A DNA stretch of 64,000 bases. Origin: Squalus acanthias. Taxonomy: Eukaryota. This document shows, piece after piece, positions 1 to 12,530 of this stretch. Both the position numbers and the translations under genes were made by a program. Numbering within the stretch: position 1 is the first letter of the stretch; each line of letters opens with the position of its first letter. The stretch spans positions 3,784,001-3,848,000 of the forward strand of contig JASTWF010000036.1 in assembly GCA_030390025.1 (NCBI GenBank). Direction: 5' to 3'. Under the pieces are notes generated by a model. That model was not told where the DNA came from. It did no database searches and saw only the letters and a list, made by a program, of their open reading frames with translations.

Positions 1-3000
1 ATTGGACCAAGACCTTGCTCTGTCAAGCCCGTGTGGTAGCTGGTGTGCAACTGCCACCCCACGCTAAAAGAATTCACGCACAGGCATCTTCCACCCTTTA
101 AAATGAAGTTTGGGACCTGGAACGTCAGGACCCTCATGGACAACCCCAACAGAGACAGACCGGAACGCCGTACTGCTATCGTTGCCCGGGAGCTCAGACG
201 TTTCGACATAGACATCGCCGCCCTAAGCGAGACCCGGCGGGCAGAGGAAGGCCAGCTCAAGGAGCAAGGCGGTGGTTACACCTTCTTCTGGAAAGGCAGA
301 CCTGAAGAAGAACGCCGCCTCCATGGGGTAGGCTTCGGCATAAAAAATGAGCTAGTTAAACGTCTCAGAGACTCTCCTTGTGGAATAAACGAATTCCTCA
401 TGACTCTACGGCTCACCCTAGCCCGGAACCAGTGCGCTACGGTCATCAGTGCGTACGCCCCAACACTGGAAGCCACAGACGAGACCAAAGAGGAATTCTA
501 CTCCAGCCTCGAACAATCCCTGTCCCGAGTCCCAACGGGCGACAAGCTGATCCTCCTTGGCGACTTTAATGCCAGTGTTGAAAAGGACACAGACCTCTGG
601 GGAGGTGTGATCGGCAGAAAGGGGGTAGGGAAAGCCAACTTCAACGGTACCCTCCTCCTGACGAAATGCTTAGAGCATGGCCTTGTCATAACCAACACCT
701 TGTTCCATTAGAGAGACAAGTACAAGGCTTCATGGCAGCACCCTCGCTCCAAGCACTGGCATCTGCTGGACTACGTCATCGTCCGAGCGAGGGACCACAA
801 GGACGTCCGCATCACCCGCGCCATGACAGGAGCTGATGACTGCTGGACAGACCACTGCCTAATCCGCTCTGTTATCTCCATCAACGTAGCCCCAAAACAA
901 CAGCAGCAACAGAAGCAATGCCGCAGGAAAATCAACGCTGGAGCACTCAAGGACCCCGCTAAGAAAGCCCGATTCAGCCCGCGCCTCACAACCAATCTGA
1001 CGACTCCCAGCAATTCAGAGACACAGAGTGTCCACAGCGCCTGGTCTGCACTCAAGGCCTCCATAATCAGCACCTGTAAAGAGACGCTCGGTCACTCGAC
1101 CAGGAAACACCAAGACTGGTTCGACGAGAACGACCAGGAGATCCAGGAGCTAATAAGCCGTAAGCGCAAGGCATTCCTGATCTGGAAACAGCAACAGAAC
1201 TCGAGAGCAAGAAAGCAGCTCTACAGACGCCTGAAGGCCGAGGTCCAACAAAAAACTCGCGACCTAAAGAACAGATGGTGGGTGGAGAAAGCGCAGGAGA
1301 TCCAGCAGCTAGCCGACAACCACGACGTGCGTGGGTTCTTTAGCGCAGTCAAGACCACCTACGGCCCAAGCACCCAAGGTCCTACCCCACTGCGGGCCAA
1401 GAACGGAGAGGTACTTATCAAGGACAGAGAGGCAGTCAGTGCCCGCTGGAAGGAGCACTTCGAAGATCTCCTTAACCGAGACTCTGTCTTCGACGCGAGT
1501 GTCCTCAACTCCATCCCGCAGCATGCTACACGCCATCACCTCAGCACAACCCTAGCCTGGCATGAGGTTGAAAAGGCCATCTGACAACTGAAGAACAACA
1601 AGGCCTCAGGAGCAGATGGAATCCCCACTGAGGCACTAAAACATGGCGGAGAAGCACTATTGGCGTGAATACATTAACTCATTTCTCTTATTTGGAAGGA
1701 GGAGAGCATGCCAGGGGATCTCAGAGACGCCGTAATTGTGACCATCTTCAACAAAGGTGACAAGTCCGATTGTGGTAATTACAGAGGAGTCTCACTGCTG
1801 TCTGCCACAGGGAAAGACATCGCAAGAATCCTCCTCAATCGCCTTCTCCCAGTGGCTGAAGAGCTCCTCCCAGAGTCGCAATGCGGATTCTGCCCACTAA
1901 GGGGCACAATGGACATGATCTTCGCCGCGCGTCAACTACAAGAGAAATGTAGGGACAGCACCAACCGCTGTACATGGCCTTGTTTGATCTCACAAAGGCC
2001 TTCGACACTGTCAACCGTGAGGGATTATGGAGTGTCCTCCTCAAATTTGGCTGCCCTCAAAAGTTTGTCACCATCCTCCGCCTGCTTCACAACAACATGC
2101 AAGCCGTGATCCTGACCAACGGATCCACCACAGACCCAATTCACGTACGAACCAGGGTCAAGCAAGGCTGTGTCATCGCACCAACGCTCTTCTCGATCTT
2201 CCTTGCTGCAATGCTCCATCTCACCCTCAGTAAGCTCCCCACTGGAGTGGAGCTAATCTACAGAACAAACGGGAAACTGTTCAACCTCCGTCGCCTCCAG
2301 TCCAGATCCAAGGTCGTCCCATCCTCTGTCGTCAAATTACAGCATGCAGACAACGCTAGCGTCTGTGCACACGCTGAGGTCAAACTCCAAACCATCGTCA
2401 ACACCTTCACCGAAGCATGGGCCTTACACTGAACATCCGTAAGACAAAAGTCCTCTACCAACCTGCCCCCGCCACACAGTACTGCTCCCCGATTATCAAA
2501 ATCCATGACGAGGCCTTGGACAATGTGGACCACTTTCCATACCTCGGGAGCCTACTGTCAACAAGGGCAGATGTCGATGACGAAGTCCAACACCGCCTTC
2601 AGTGTGCCAGTGCAGCCTTCGGTCGCCTGAGGAAGAGAGTGTTTGAAGACCAGGACCTCAAACCCGGCACTAAGCTCATGGTCTACAGAGCAGCAGTGAT
2701 ACCCGCCCTGCTGTATGCCTCAGAGACATGGACCATGTACAGCAGGCACCTCAAAGCACTGGAGAGGTACCACCAACGCTGCCTCCGCAAGATCCTGCAA
2801 ATCCACTGGCAGGATAGGCACACCAACATTAGTGTTCTCGCTCAGGCCAACATCCCCAGCATCGAAGCTTTGACCACGCTCGATCAGCTCCGATGGACGG
2901 GTCACATCGTCCGCATGCCCGATACGAGACTCCCAAAACAAGCGCTCTACTCGGAGCTCCGACACGGCAAGAGAGCCCCAGGTGGGCAGAGGAAACGCTT

Positions 3001-3318
3001 CAAGGACACCCTCAAAGCCTCCTTGAAAAAGTGCAACATCCCCACCGACACCTGGGAATCCCTGGCCCAAGACCGCACAAAGTGGAGGAAAAGCATCCGG
3101 GAAGGCGCCGAACACCTCGAGTCTCTTCGCCGGGAGCAAGCGGAAGCCAAGCGCAAGGAGCGCACGTCAACCCAAGCACCCCACCCACCCGCCCCTTCAA
3201 CCACCGTCTGCCCCACCTGTGACAGAGACTGTAGGTCCTGCATTGGACTCATCAGTCACCTGAGAACTCATTTTTAGTGTGGAAGCAAGTCATCCTCGGT
3301 TCTGAGGGACTGCCTAAG
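1..3318 (+). mobile_element. RTE-clade LINE, near full length (5' end runs off window), inactivated
   Basis: APE endonuclease (GTWNVRTL, LSETR, SAYAPT, LGDFNA), RT (NYRGVSLL, FDLTKAFDTV, VKQGCVIAPTLF), C-terminal CPTCDRDC..HLRTH zinc finger; short 3'UTR ending GGGACTGCCTAAG. Confidence 0.95.
103..3277 (+). pseudogene. Disrupted single RTE ORF (endonuclease + reverse transcriptase)
   Basis: ATG at 103. In-frame stops at 709, 1582, 1666 and 1675; frameshifts near 1955 and 2416. Catalytic YADD reads HADN (~2343-2354). Confidence 0.92.
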
Positions 3319-3336
3319 ACACAATAAATCTGCACA

Positions 3337-3610
3337 TAAAAGATCCTATGGCACTATTTCAAAGAAGAGCAGGGGTGTTATCCCTGGTGTTCTGGCCAAT
3401 ATTTATCCCTCACTCAACATCACTAAAAAAACAGATTATATGGTCATTATCACCTCGCTGTTTGTGGGAGCTTGCTGTGCACAAATTGGCTGCCGCGTTT
3501 CCCACATTAAAACAGTGACTACACTCCAAAAAAAGGACTTCATTGGCTGTAAAGCGCTTTGGGACGCCCGGTGGTCGTGAAAGGCGCTATAGAAATGCAA
3601 GTCTTTCTTT
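3337..3610 (+). mobile_element. Deu-domain SINE (SacSINE1/AmnSINE1-like), 5'-truncated
   Basis: TAAAAGATCC..GGCACTATTTC..GAAGAGCAGGGG..TTTGTGGGAGCTTGCTGTGC..AAAGGCGCTATAGAAATGCAAGT. Confidence 0.85.
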
Positions 3611-3744
3611 TTATCTTATGCAAAGATGCCATAACATAAAAATTGGCTGATACAGGAAATAGAAATACCACAGGCCGTGCCCTTTCAACTTTGGGGTTAC
3701 GGTGCATTGTTGGGCAAACAATATAGAATCAAATGGCGTCTTGC

Positions 3745-4165
3745 TTAAAAAGTTGGGGGTGTTTTCATCAGGACAGAGCAGATTATGGGGTGATTTGATA
3801 AAGGCGTTTAAAATTATGAAGGGAGGGGACAGGGTAGATAGAAACAGCCTTTTCCAGTGGTTGTGGGGTCTAGAACAAGGGGACATAGATACAAGATTAA
3901 ATGTAAGAGATTTAGGACAGAGAGCAGGAGAAACCTTTTCACACAGAGGGTTGTGAGGCAGTGGGACGCACTACTGGAGTTAATGATTGAAGAGGAGACC
4001 AGGTCAACATTTAAGAGTAGGTTAGAGAGGTAGCTGAAGGAAAAGAGGAATAAAGGGATATGGGAACAGGGCGGGATCATGGGATTCGGACTACTGATCG
4101 AACGGAGGACAAACACCAACACGGACTTGCTGGGCCTGTTTTTGCGTTGTAACTCTATGTACTAT
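3745..4165 (+). mobile_element. Old CR1 LINE 3' fragment
   Basis: LGVFSSGQSRLWGDLIKAFKIMKGGDRVD, followed by a decayed CR1-type tail. Confidence 0.8.
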
Positions 4166-4455
4166 AGAGGGATCTCTAACCTGCATCAGGCCCATGCTGG
4201 ACCTGACCTGGGAGTACTTGATGCTGACACTGGGGGCAAAAACGTGGAGGTAATTGACGAACATTAAATTTCTCCACCTCCACACCCCCCCGCCTGCCAG
4301 CACCCCCAAAAAAAAGAATTGTGAAGAATGATTAAGAATAAAAAGAAGCATTGTATTAAAAATAAATAATAAATATGCAATGTCTAGTGGAAATAATAAT
4401 TTCAAAGTTGTCCAGTTATCTAACAGGCTGATTTAGCACTCGGCTTCTGTCTTTT

Positions 4456-4921
4456 TTTTATTTGTTCCTGGGATGTGGGCATCGCTGGCAAGGCCAGCAT
4501 TTATTGCCCATCCCTAATTGCCCTTGAGAAGGTGGTGGTGAGCCGCCTTCTTGAATCATGTTCTTGACAACTGAGTGGCTTGCTCGGCCATTTCAGAGGG
4601 TAGTTAAGAGTCAGCCACATTGCTGTGGTAATAACAACAGAAAACGCTGGAGTCACATATAGGCCAGACCAGGTAAGGGCAGCAGATTTCCCTCTTTAAA
4701 AGACATTAGTGAACCAGATGGGTTTTTACAACAATCCGATAGTTGACAATAGTTTCATAGCCACCATCATTGATACTATCTTTTTATTTCAGACTTATTT
4801 AATTAATTGAATTTAAATTCCCCAGCTACCATGGTGGGATTTGAATTCACGACGCTGGATCATTAGTCCAGGTCTCTGGATTACTAGCCCAGTGACATAA
4901 CCACTATACTACCATACCCCT
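4456..4921 (-). mobile_element. tRNA-headed SINE family B
   Basis: Minus strand has A/B-box-like TAGTATAGTGG..GAATTCAAATCC and tail GGGCAATTAGGGATGGGCAATAAATGCTGGCC; homologous to 27538, 43153 and 43586. Confidence 0.75.
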
Positions 4922-5477
4922 CTCAAGCGAAAATAACCCTGACTGGTCTAAGCCATACAGTAAACACACCAATCTATTCATTATTATCGAGTTAAATACT
5001 TGTCTGCACATAAACTGTTGTGACACAGATCTTAATTCCCCATTTGCTCCATTTTGACCCATCAGAGGTTGGGCTCAAAGGAGTGGGCCACACAGGCCAG
5101 GTGTGTTGCCTGTGTTCCCAGGGCTTTGACGTTATGTCGCCCTACAGATGCTCCTGTTCCCATGGCCTATTGTGATATGGCAGCACTGAGTCCCATACGG
5201 CTATTAGCCATCATTACCAGCAACCTGCTGCTGTCCACAATGTCTTACATTTATACAGTGCCTTTGATGTAGAAAACACCCCCAGGTGCTTTACAGTCAG
5301 ACACAAATGAAGGGCAGGGGAAAGTGAAGGGTTTGTATCACACACAATAATAGATAATAGGGTGTTATAGAAAAGTACGGGGCCATTGTCAGTTTCGGTT
5401 GTATGTACAGGGCACCAGAATTTATACAATATTTCAGGAACTTAAATTAATTCTTTTTAAAAGAGTTCCCCTCCTCA

Positions 5478-6395
5478 ACAACAACAACACCTTGCATTTA
5501 TATAGCTCCTTTAATGTAGTAAAATGTCCCAAGGTGCTTCACAGGAATATTATAAGACAAAAAATTTGACACCGAGCCACATAAGGAGAAATTAGGGCAG
5601 GTGACCAAAAGCTTGGTCTTAAAGGAGGAGATAGAGGTAGCGAGGCGGAGAGGTTTAGGGAGGGAATTCCAGAGCTTAGGGCCGAGGCAACAGAAGGCAC
5701 GGCCGCCAATGGTGGAGCGATTATAATCAGGGATGCGCAAGAGGCTAGAACTAGAGGAGCGCAGATATCTCGGGGGGGCTGTGGGGCTGAAGAAGATTAC
5801 AGAGATAGGGAGGGGCGAGGCCATGGAGGGGTTTGAAAACAAGGATGAGAATTTTAAAATCGAAGCAGTGCTTAACCGGGAGCCAATGTAGGTCAGCGAG
5901 CACAGGGGAGATGGTTGAATGGGACTTGGTGCGAGTTAGGACACAGGCAGCCGAGTTTTGGATGACCTCAAGTTTACGTTGGGTAGAAGAATGTGGGAGG
6001 CCAGCCAGGAGTGCGTTGGAATAGTCAAGTCTAGAGGTAACAAAGGCATGGATGAGGGTTTCAGCAGCGGATGAGCTGAGGCAGGGCGGAGACGGGCGAT
6101 GTTACGGAGGTGGAAATAGGCGGTCTTAGTTATGCTGCGGATATGTGGTCGAAAACTCATTTTGGGGTCAAATATGACACCAAGGTTGCGAACAGTGTGG
6201 TTCAGCCTCAGACAGATGCTAGGGAGAGGGATGGAGTCAGTGACTAGGGAACAGAGTTTATGGCGGGGACTGAAGACAATGGCTTCGGTCTTCTCAATAT
6301 TTAGTTGGAGGAAATTTCTGCTCATCCAGTCCTGGATGTCGGGCAAGCAGTCTGACAATTTAGAGACAGTGGAGGAGTCGAGAGAGGTGGTGGTG
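5478..6395 (-). mobile_element. L2 LINE 3' portion
   Basis: WMSRNFLQLNIEKTEAIVF, VRNLGVIFD, AYFHLRNIARLR, GGRAF..GPKLWNSLP; (TGT)n tail. Confidence 0.92.
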
Positions 6396-6399
6396 AAGG

Positions 6400-6665
6400 C
6401 GCTGACTCTCGCTGAGGTATCGTTCCATGGGTGCCAATAGTCTTCTGGTACCTTGGGTAAGAGGTCATTCTTCACGTGTGAACCTAGACTGTGACTGAGC
6501 CTGAGCCTGTCCTCACCTGATAGCCACACGGACACACTTGACAGCAGAACTCTACTCGATAGCTATCAGAAGCAAGAACCTTGTTGAATTTTCAATTCCT
6601 TCTCCAAAAGCACTGAAGCTAATTATAGGACCTCTACCGCTACCCTGGCTGAGATAACCTAAAAC
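6400..6665 (-). mobile_element. Old SINE-like family C fragment
   Basis: GGTCATTCTTCACGTGTGAACCT shared with the 18160-18183 copy. Confidence 0.55.
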
Positions 6666-6683
6666 ACCACCCTGTAAGGAATG

Positions 6684-8063
6684 AGCCAGGCTCAGTGGGT
6701 AGCACTCTTGTCTTTGCGTCAGAAGGTTGTGGGTTCAAGTCCCACTCCAGGACTTGAGCTGATAATCTAGTCTGACACTTCAGTGCAGTACTGAGGGAGT
6801 GCTGCACTGTTGGAGGTGTTGCCCTACAATGAGATGTTAAAATGAGATTGTCTGTCCCGATTGATGTCCACAGTGCTATTTGATGCTGAGATGGGGGAGT
6901 TGTACTGGTGTCCTGGCCAACATTTAACCCTGGAACCTACACCTGGTTAAATGATTTGGATGAGGGGACTAAATGTAACATTTCCAAATTTGCTGATGAC
7001 ACAAAGCTAGGTGGCAGTGTCAGTTGTGAAGAGGATGTGAAGAGGCTTCAAGGGGATCTCGACAGGCTCAGTGAGTGGGCGAGAACATGGCAGATGGAAT
7101 ATAATGTGGATAAATGTGAAGTTATCCACTTTGGTAGAAAAAACAGAAAGGCAGAGTATTTCCTAAATGGTGAAAGATTGGGGAATGCAGATGCTCAAAG
7201 GGACCTGGGTGTCCTTGTACATGAGTCACTGAAAGTGAATGTGCAGGTGCAGCAAGCCATTAGGAAGGCAAATGGTATGCTGGCCTTCATTACAAGAGAA
7301 TTTGAGTACAGGAGTAAAGAAGTCTTACTCCAATTATATAGGGCCTTGGTGAGACCACACCTGGAGTACTGTGTACAATTTTGGTCTCCTTACCTAAGGA
7401 AGGATTTACTTGCCATAGAGGGAGTGCAACGAAGGTTCACGAGATTGATTCCTGGGATGGCGGGACTGTCGTATGAGAAGAGATTGAGTAAACTAGGCCT
7501 GTATTCTCTTGAATTCAGAAGAATGAGAGGGGATCTCATTGAAGCATACAAAATTATTACAGGGCTTGATAGGGTGGATGCTGGGAGAATGTTTCCCTTG
7601 GCTGGGGAGTCTAGAACCAGGGGCCACAGCCTCAGGATAAAGGGTAGGCCATTCAGGACTGAGATGAGAAGAAATTTCTTCACACAGAGGGTGGTGAATC
7701 TTTGGAATTCTCTACCCCAGAGGGCTGTGGAGGCTCAGTCATTGGGTATATTCAAAACAGAAGTTGATAGATTTCTGACTAGTAAGGGGATCAAGGGATA
7801 TGGCGATAGGGCCGGTGAATGGAGTTGAGGCAGAAGATCAACCATGATCTCACTGAATGGCGGAGCAGGCTCGAGGGGCCGAATGGCCTACTCCTGCTCC
7901 TAGTTCTTATGTTCTTATGGTCATTAATCTAATTTTGCCTTTTTGGGAGCTTGCTGTGCACAAGTTGGCTGCCATGTTTGCCTATTTTGCAACGGTGACA
8001 GCATGCCAATAGTAATTCATTATCTGTGCAGCGCTCTGGCATGTCCTGAGGACATGAAAGGCG
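6684..8063 (+). mobile_element. Deu-domain SINE split by a CR1 insertion (halves ~6684-6930 and ~7919-8063)
   Basis: tRNA-like head GGCTCAGTGGGTAG..GGTTCAAGTCC before the CR1; GGGAGCTTGCTGTGCACAAGTTGGCTGCC and tail after it. Confidence 0.8.
6945..7918 (+). mobile_element. CR1 LINE (HER1-like) 3' ~1 kb with open RT C-terminal frame
   Basis: [45 protein letters not shown], stop at 7828; tail ending (GTTCTTAT)2. Confidence 0.95.
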
Positions 8064-8644
8064 AGAAGCCATCGTTCGTAGTTATGGTGCAAATCCAGCA
8101 ATTTCTTGACACTCGGTGAAGGGCAATGGGGAGGATGACGGCGAGCTCACAATTTCGCGAGGTTACCGCCACAGCAATTTGGGCGATTCGCAAATCACAG
8201 CATGTCCCTTCTTCACGATACATTGCTGGGTTTGTTCGCGCATTAATAGCAGCGTGCGGCGTGAACTCGCCGTTTCTAGGCCGATAAAGCTACTCCTGAC
8301 AGCTGAGTGGCCTATTACTGAGATGCAGAAGATGCAGGATTGGGATTCGATTCAGTGCCACAGTGCGAGAGTTAAAGACTGGCCACTGCAATTGCTGAAG
8401 CCTCCAACAGGCGAAGGGTTAATTATATGGGTCAATCGACCAGGCTCCCTCCCAGCTTGGAGCTTCACTCAACAGGGGTGCAACTTGGAGAACTGGGCGC
8501 AGAGGGCAGCGTGTCCAATTCACAACGCTTCTGATTTTATTCGCTGGGAAATCGGTAGCACCTCGAATCGGGCTGACACCCACCCCCCAATGAGCCAGTC
8601 CACACTCCTGCAATTTATTACCCTGTCATTTATTTCCGGGCCTA

Positions 8645-8905
8645 TACTTAGCTCAGGCAACGTAACAGGTGGGGTGACACAATTAAGCTCAGAAACCCTG
8701 GATTAGGGAGAGGAAAAATCACTCAGGGTTCCTGTTCCTGATTGCTACCTGATGACTGCTGCTGGAATAGTGTGTGCGTGTGTGGATGTTGCTTAAGGAG
8801 AGGATCAGTCTCAGCTACGATGCCTCCCATGACTGAATAGCACTCACTGTCTGGTCTCACACATTAAGAATGACGCCTGGTGTCTGCGGAACTGTACCCT
8901 GGCCC
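8645..8905 (+). mobile_element. Old SINE-like family C copy
   Basis: GGTTCCTGTTCCTGAT..GACTGCTGCTGGAA..GGAACTGTACCC; matches 45345-45622 and 48310-48520. Confidence 0.6.
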
Positions 8906-8917
8906 GATTAAGTGCCT

Positions 8918-9419
8918 TCATAGAATGTTACACCACAGAAGGAGGCCATTCGACCCATCGTGTCTGTGCCGGCTCTTTGAAAGGGCGAACCAATTTTATT
9001 CGTCCGTGGGATGTGGGTGTCGCTGGCAAGGCCAGCATTTATTGCCCATCCCTAATTGCCCTTGAGAAGGTGGTGGTGAGCTGCCGCCTTGAACCGCTGC
9101 AGTCCGTGTGGTGAAGGTACTCCCACAGTGCTGTTAGGGAGGGAGTTCCAGGATTTTGACCCAGCGACGATGAAGGAACGGCAATATACTTCCAAATCAG
9201 GATGGTGTGTGACTTGGAGGTGGAACTTGGAGGTGGTGGTGTTCCCATGCGCCTGTTGCTCTTGTCTGGTAGAGGTCGCGGGTTTGGGAGGTGCTGCTGA
9301 AGAAGCCTTGGCGAATTAGCCCCATTCCCCTGTGATCTTTCCCCATAGCCCTGCAATTTTTTTCCTTTTCAAATATATATCCAATCCCCTTTTGAAAGCT
9401 ACTGTTGAATCTGCTTCCA
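8918..9419 (-). mobile_element. CR1 3' end split by a LINE insertion
   Basis: CATAGAAT..GAAGGAGGCCATTCGACCC tail, resuming at ~9313 with AATTAGCCCCATTCCCC. Confidence 0.8.
8995..9312 (-). mobile_element. CR1/L2-supergroup LINE 3' fragment (partner of SINE family B)
   Basis: Homologous to 33695-34075; C-terminus like WNSLPNSTVG..GLQ..AAHHHLL; tail GGGCAATAAATGCTGGCC. Confidence 0.8.
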
Positions 9420-9699
9420 ATGACAAAGCGAAAATGATTACTGGTGGAATTTTAGAATTCTTCTTCGATAACCTCATACAGTCTCAAACTGGCAATACAG
9501 CAACCACCAGGGGATCTGCTCGGAGGAGTGTGCCAGTGCTTTCGTATTTACTGCTGTGGTTAGCAGTAAAATATTTATAAAATAACCTGGAGATTCCCAC
9601 CACAGAATGAGCAGATTTCATGAAAAAAAATCCCCCCCGAAGTTTACCGAAATGCCCCGAGCAGCTTCTGTTCGCCCCGTCAATGTGGACTGAGTGTAC

Positions 9700-10249
9700 T
9701 CTTTTGATGCACACGATAAACAAATAAACTGTAACTTAACTTAAAACATTAAAGGAAACTTAATAAATTAAATTAAAATTCCATTCCCGGGGTGATGATG
9801 CACTCCAGTCCCTGCGGTGCCCACCGGTCGCGGAAGGCCTCGAGCGTGCCGGTGGACACCGCGTGCTCCGTTTCCAGGGCCACCCGGGCGCAAATGTGGC
9901 CGCGGAAGAGAGGCGGGCAGTCGGGCCGAACGACCCCCTCGACCGCCCGCTGCCTGGATCAGTTGATGGCCACTTTGGCCAGGAGCAGTCCCACGAGGAG
10001 GTCCCCCCCCACCCCCCGACCTGCCCGCTCCCCTCCGCACCGGGTGATCGAAGATCAGGAGCGTGGGACTGAAGCGCAGCCAAAAATCGAGGAGCAGCCC
10101 CTTCAGATAGTGGAAGAGGGGCTACAACCTCTCACACTCCATATAAACATGGAACACGGACTCCTCCAGGCCGCAGAAAAGGCAGGCGGCCTGGGTGCCC
10201 GTGAACCGACTTCAAACTTTATTGTACGGGACTGCTCCGTGCAACACTC
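9700..10249 (-). mobile_element. Tx1-clade (L1-like) LINE 3' fragment
   Basis: Minus strand ACLFCGLEESVFHVYMEC zinc knuckle, RARVALETEHAVS..AFRDRWAP; T-rich 3'UTR; homologous to 29620-29965. Confidence 0.8.
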
Positions 10250-10712
10250 TCAGCTGTGGCTCAGTTTGTAGCACACTCGCCTCTGAGTCAGAAGGTCGTG
10301 GGTTCAAGTCCCACTCCAGAGACTTGAGCACATAAAGCTAGGCTGACACTCCAGTGCCGTGCTGAGGGAGTGCTGCACTGTCGGAGGGGCCGTCGTTCGG
10401 ATGAGATGTTAAACTGAGGCCCTGCCTGCTCTCTCAAGTGGACGTAAAAGATCCCACGGCCACTATTTTGAAGAAGAGCAGGGGAATTATCCCCGGTGTC
10501 CTGGGCCAATATTTATCCCTCAATCAACATAACAAAACAGATTATCTGGTCATTATCACATTGCTGTTTGTGGGAGCTTGCTGTGCGCAAATTGGTTGCC
10601 GTGTTTCCTACATTACAACAGTGACTACACTCCAAAAGTATTTAATTGGCTGTAAAGCGCTTTGAGACGTCCGGTGGTCGTGAAAGGCGCTATATAAATG
10701 CAAGTCTTTCCT
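10250..10712 (+). mobile_element. Deu-domain SINE, full length
   Basis: A box TGGCTCAGTTTG, B box GGTTCAAGTCC, Deu core, L2-like tail. Confidence 0.9.
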
Positions 10713-10775
10713 TTTTTTCCAGGCCAAGGTGGACTGAGTGTAAATGCAGCAATACTAGCTGTAGCCAGAGGGGGG

Positions 10776-10807
<32 letters not shown>

Positions 10808-10808
10808 A
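10776..10808. repeat. (AT)n(AG)n microsatellite
   Basis: ATATATATATATAGAGAGAGAGAGAGAGAGA. Confidence 0.9.
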
Positions 10809-11789
10809 CACCAATCAAATATAAAATATGGGATAAAACGGCATGTCTGGAAAGGATTGAAGTCTGTATTCATGCAGAGTTCGTGCAACAAATATTAGAA
10901 TGCACACGGAGATTAAACAATACTTGTGTGCATTTTAAAATATTGTAGGAGGAAATAGAGTAGAATGGATTGCACCGAATTCAATCACTGCTGTTGCAAA
11001 AAAACAGTACAACATGCTCCAGACTGTGATCCAGTCAGTAACCTCGCCTCATTGACAAGTTACAAACCGTCACCTTTTTCTGAAATACAAACACCCGGGT
11101 CATTTTTTTTCCAGGAAACTGAAAGAACAAAAATAGGGGAAATGTCCACGTGAATGACACCAGATCAGAAACGGACTCGTTTAATCAGGATTTCCCCCGC
11201 GAGTCACGTACTGTTACAGCTGTGACCGAGCACAGCAGGTCCCCCAGAAAGTCCCTTCTGTTAGCAACGGGAACTTGACTCAACGTGCAGGGAGCTGCAC
11301 TGACACGACCGGGGATTAACGTGGCCCAACAGACCCCCCAACTTAAAGGAACAGGAAAGGGCATGGCATTTACACAGCGCCTTTACATCCGTGTCTACAA
11401 AATAGCAACACTGCATTGTATTTGCAAGCATGTCCTCAGCCTTTTCGTGGTGGTTCCCCCATTACCATGTATTCTCTATATTAACGTTTCTTGATGTTGG
11501 CCAGACAGCAAACATTTCTGCAACACTCCTCGGGTGAAAGGAAGTATCTCAGGGCACCTCACAAGGAATAGTGGACATCCAGCCTGAAAATAAGGAGGAA
11601 TTGGGAGTGTGTGAGGCGGAGTCCCAGAAAAGGGTCTTTAGCAGCCAGGGAGGGAGGTGGTAGGACAAGGTGGTTTGGGGAGAGAATGTCAGAGGGCGGG
11701 AGATAGTGACTGAAGAACAGTTTCTCATGGTGGAAGGGCGGGAGCGAGCTGTCATCACCAGATTTAAGGTGGAACAAGAAACAACACTT

Positions 11790-12265
11790 CCAGGGTACAG
11801 AGAAGATTTACGAGGATGTTGCCAGGACTGGAGAATTTTAGCTATGAGGAAGGATTGGATAGGTTGGGATGTCCTCTTTGGAACAGAGGAGGCTGAGGGG
11901 AGACTTGATTGAGGTGTATAAAATTATGAGGGGCCTAGATAGAGTGGATAGGAAGGACCTATTTCCCCTAGCAGATAAGTCAATAACCAGGGGGCATAGA
12001 TTTAAAGTAATTGGTAGAAGGATTAGAGGGGAGTTGAGGAGAACTTTTTTCACCCAGAGGGTGGTGGGGGTCTGGAACTCACTGCCTGAAAGGGTGGTAG
12101 AGCAGAAACCCTCATCGCATTTAAAAAGTACTTGGATATGCACTTGAAGTACCGTAACCTACAGGGCCATGGACCAAGGGCTGGAGAGCTCATTGTCGGC
12201 CGGCACGGACACGATGGGCCGAATGGCCTCCTTCTGTGCCGTAAATTTCTATGATTCTATGATTC
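11790..12265 (+). mobile_element. CR1 3' fragment
   Basis: LEQRRLRGDLIEVYKIMRGLDRVD..RVVGVWNSLP; (ATTCTATG)n tail. Confidence 0.9.
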
Positions 12266-12270
12266 TTATG

Positions 12271-12420
12271 CAGAAGGTCCAAGAAAGACCACTGCAATGG
12301 TTTGGAAACAGATAGAATACCTTTGATCGCCCGGCACACAGAGGAACATGGAGCAAGAGGCCCAGGAAAACCAAGGAAGCACAGGATAGACAATGTCAAG
12401 AGAGAAGAACAACAGTGCAG
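12271..12420 (+). mobile_element. Highly decayed RTE-like C-terminal relic
   Basis: KVQERPLQWFG..RIP..GARGPGKPRKHRIDNVK resembles the RTE motif LRWFGH..RGRPRKRW.DN.K. Confidence 0.5.
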
Positions 12421-12530
12421 TGAATTCATTTGGCCCACTGGAATTTAGTATGAGTAGACCTCACTCCCAATATTTCTCTGTTGGTGACAACCTTGAAATA
12501 AATGGGGAAAGGGGGAATAAACAGGTGGAA

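Noticed and set aside
8116..8706. 196-aa ORF
   Set aside because: No recognisable domain or splice pattern; partly overlaps repeat relics
10250..10320. tRNA gene (and similar heads elsewhere)
   Set aside because: A/B boxes run directly into SINE bodies; no proper acceptor stem or terminator
11560..11780. Possible L2 endonuclease relic on the minus strand
   Set aside because: Similarity too weak to support
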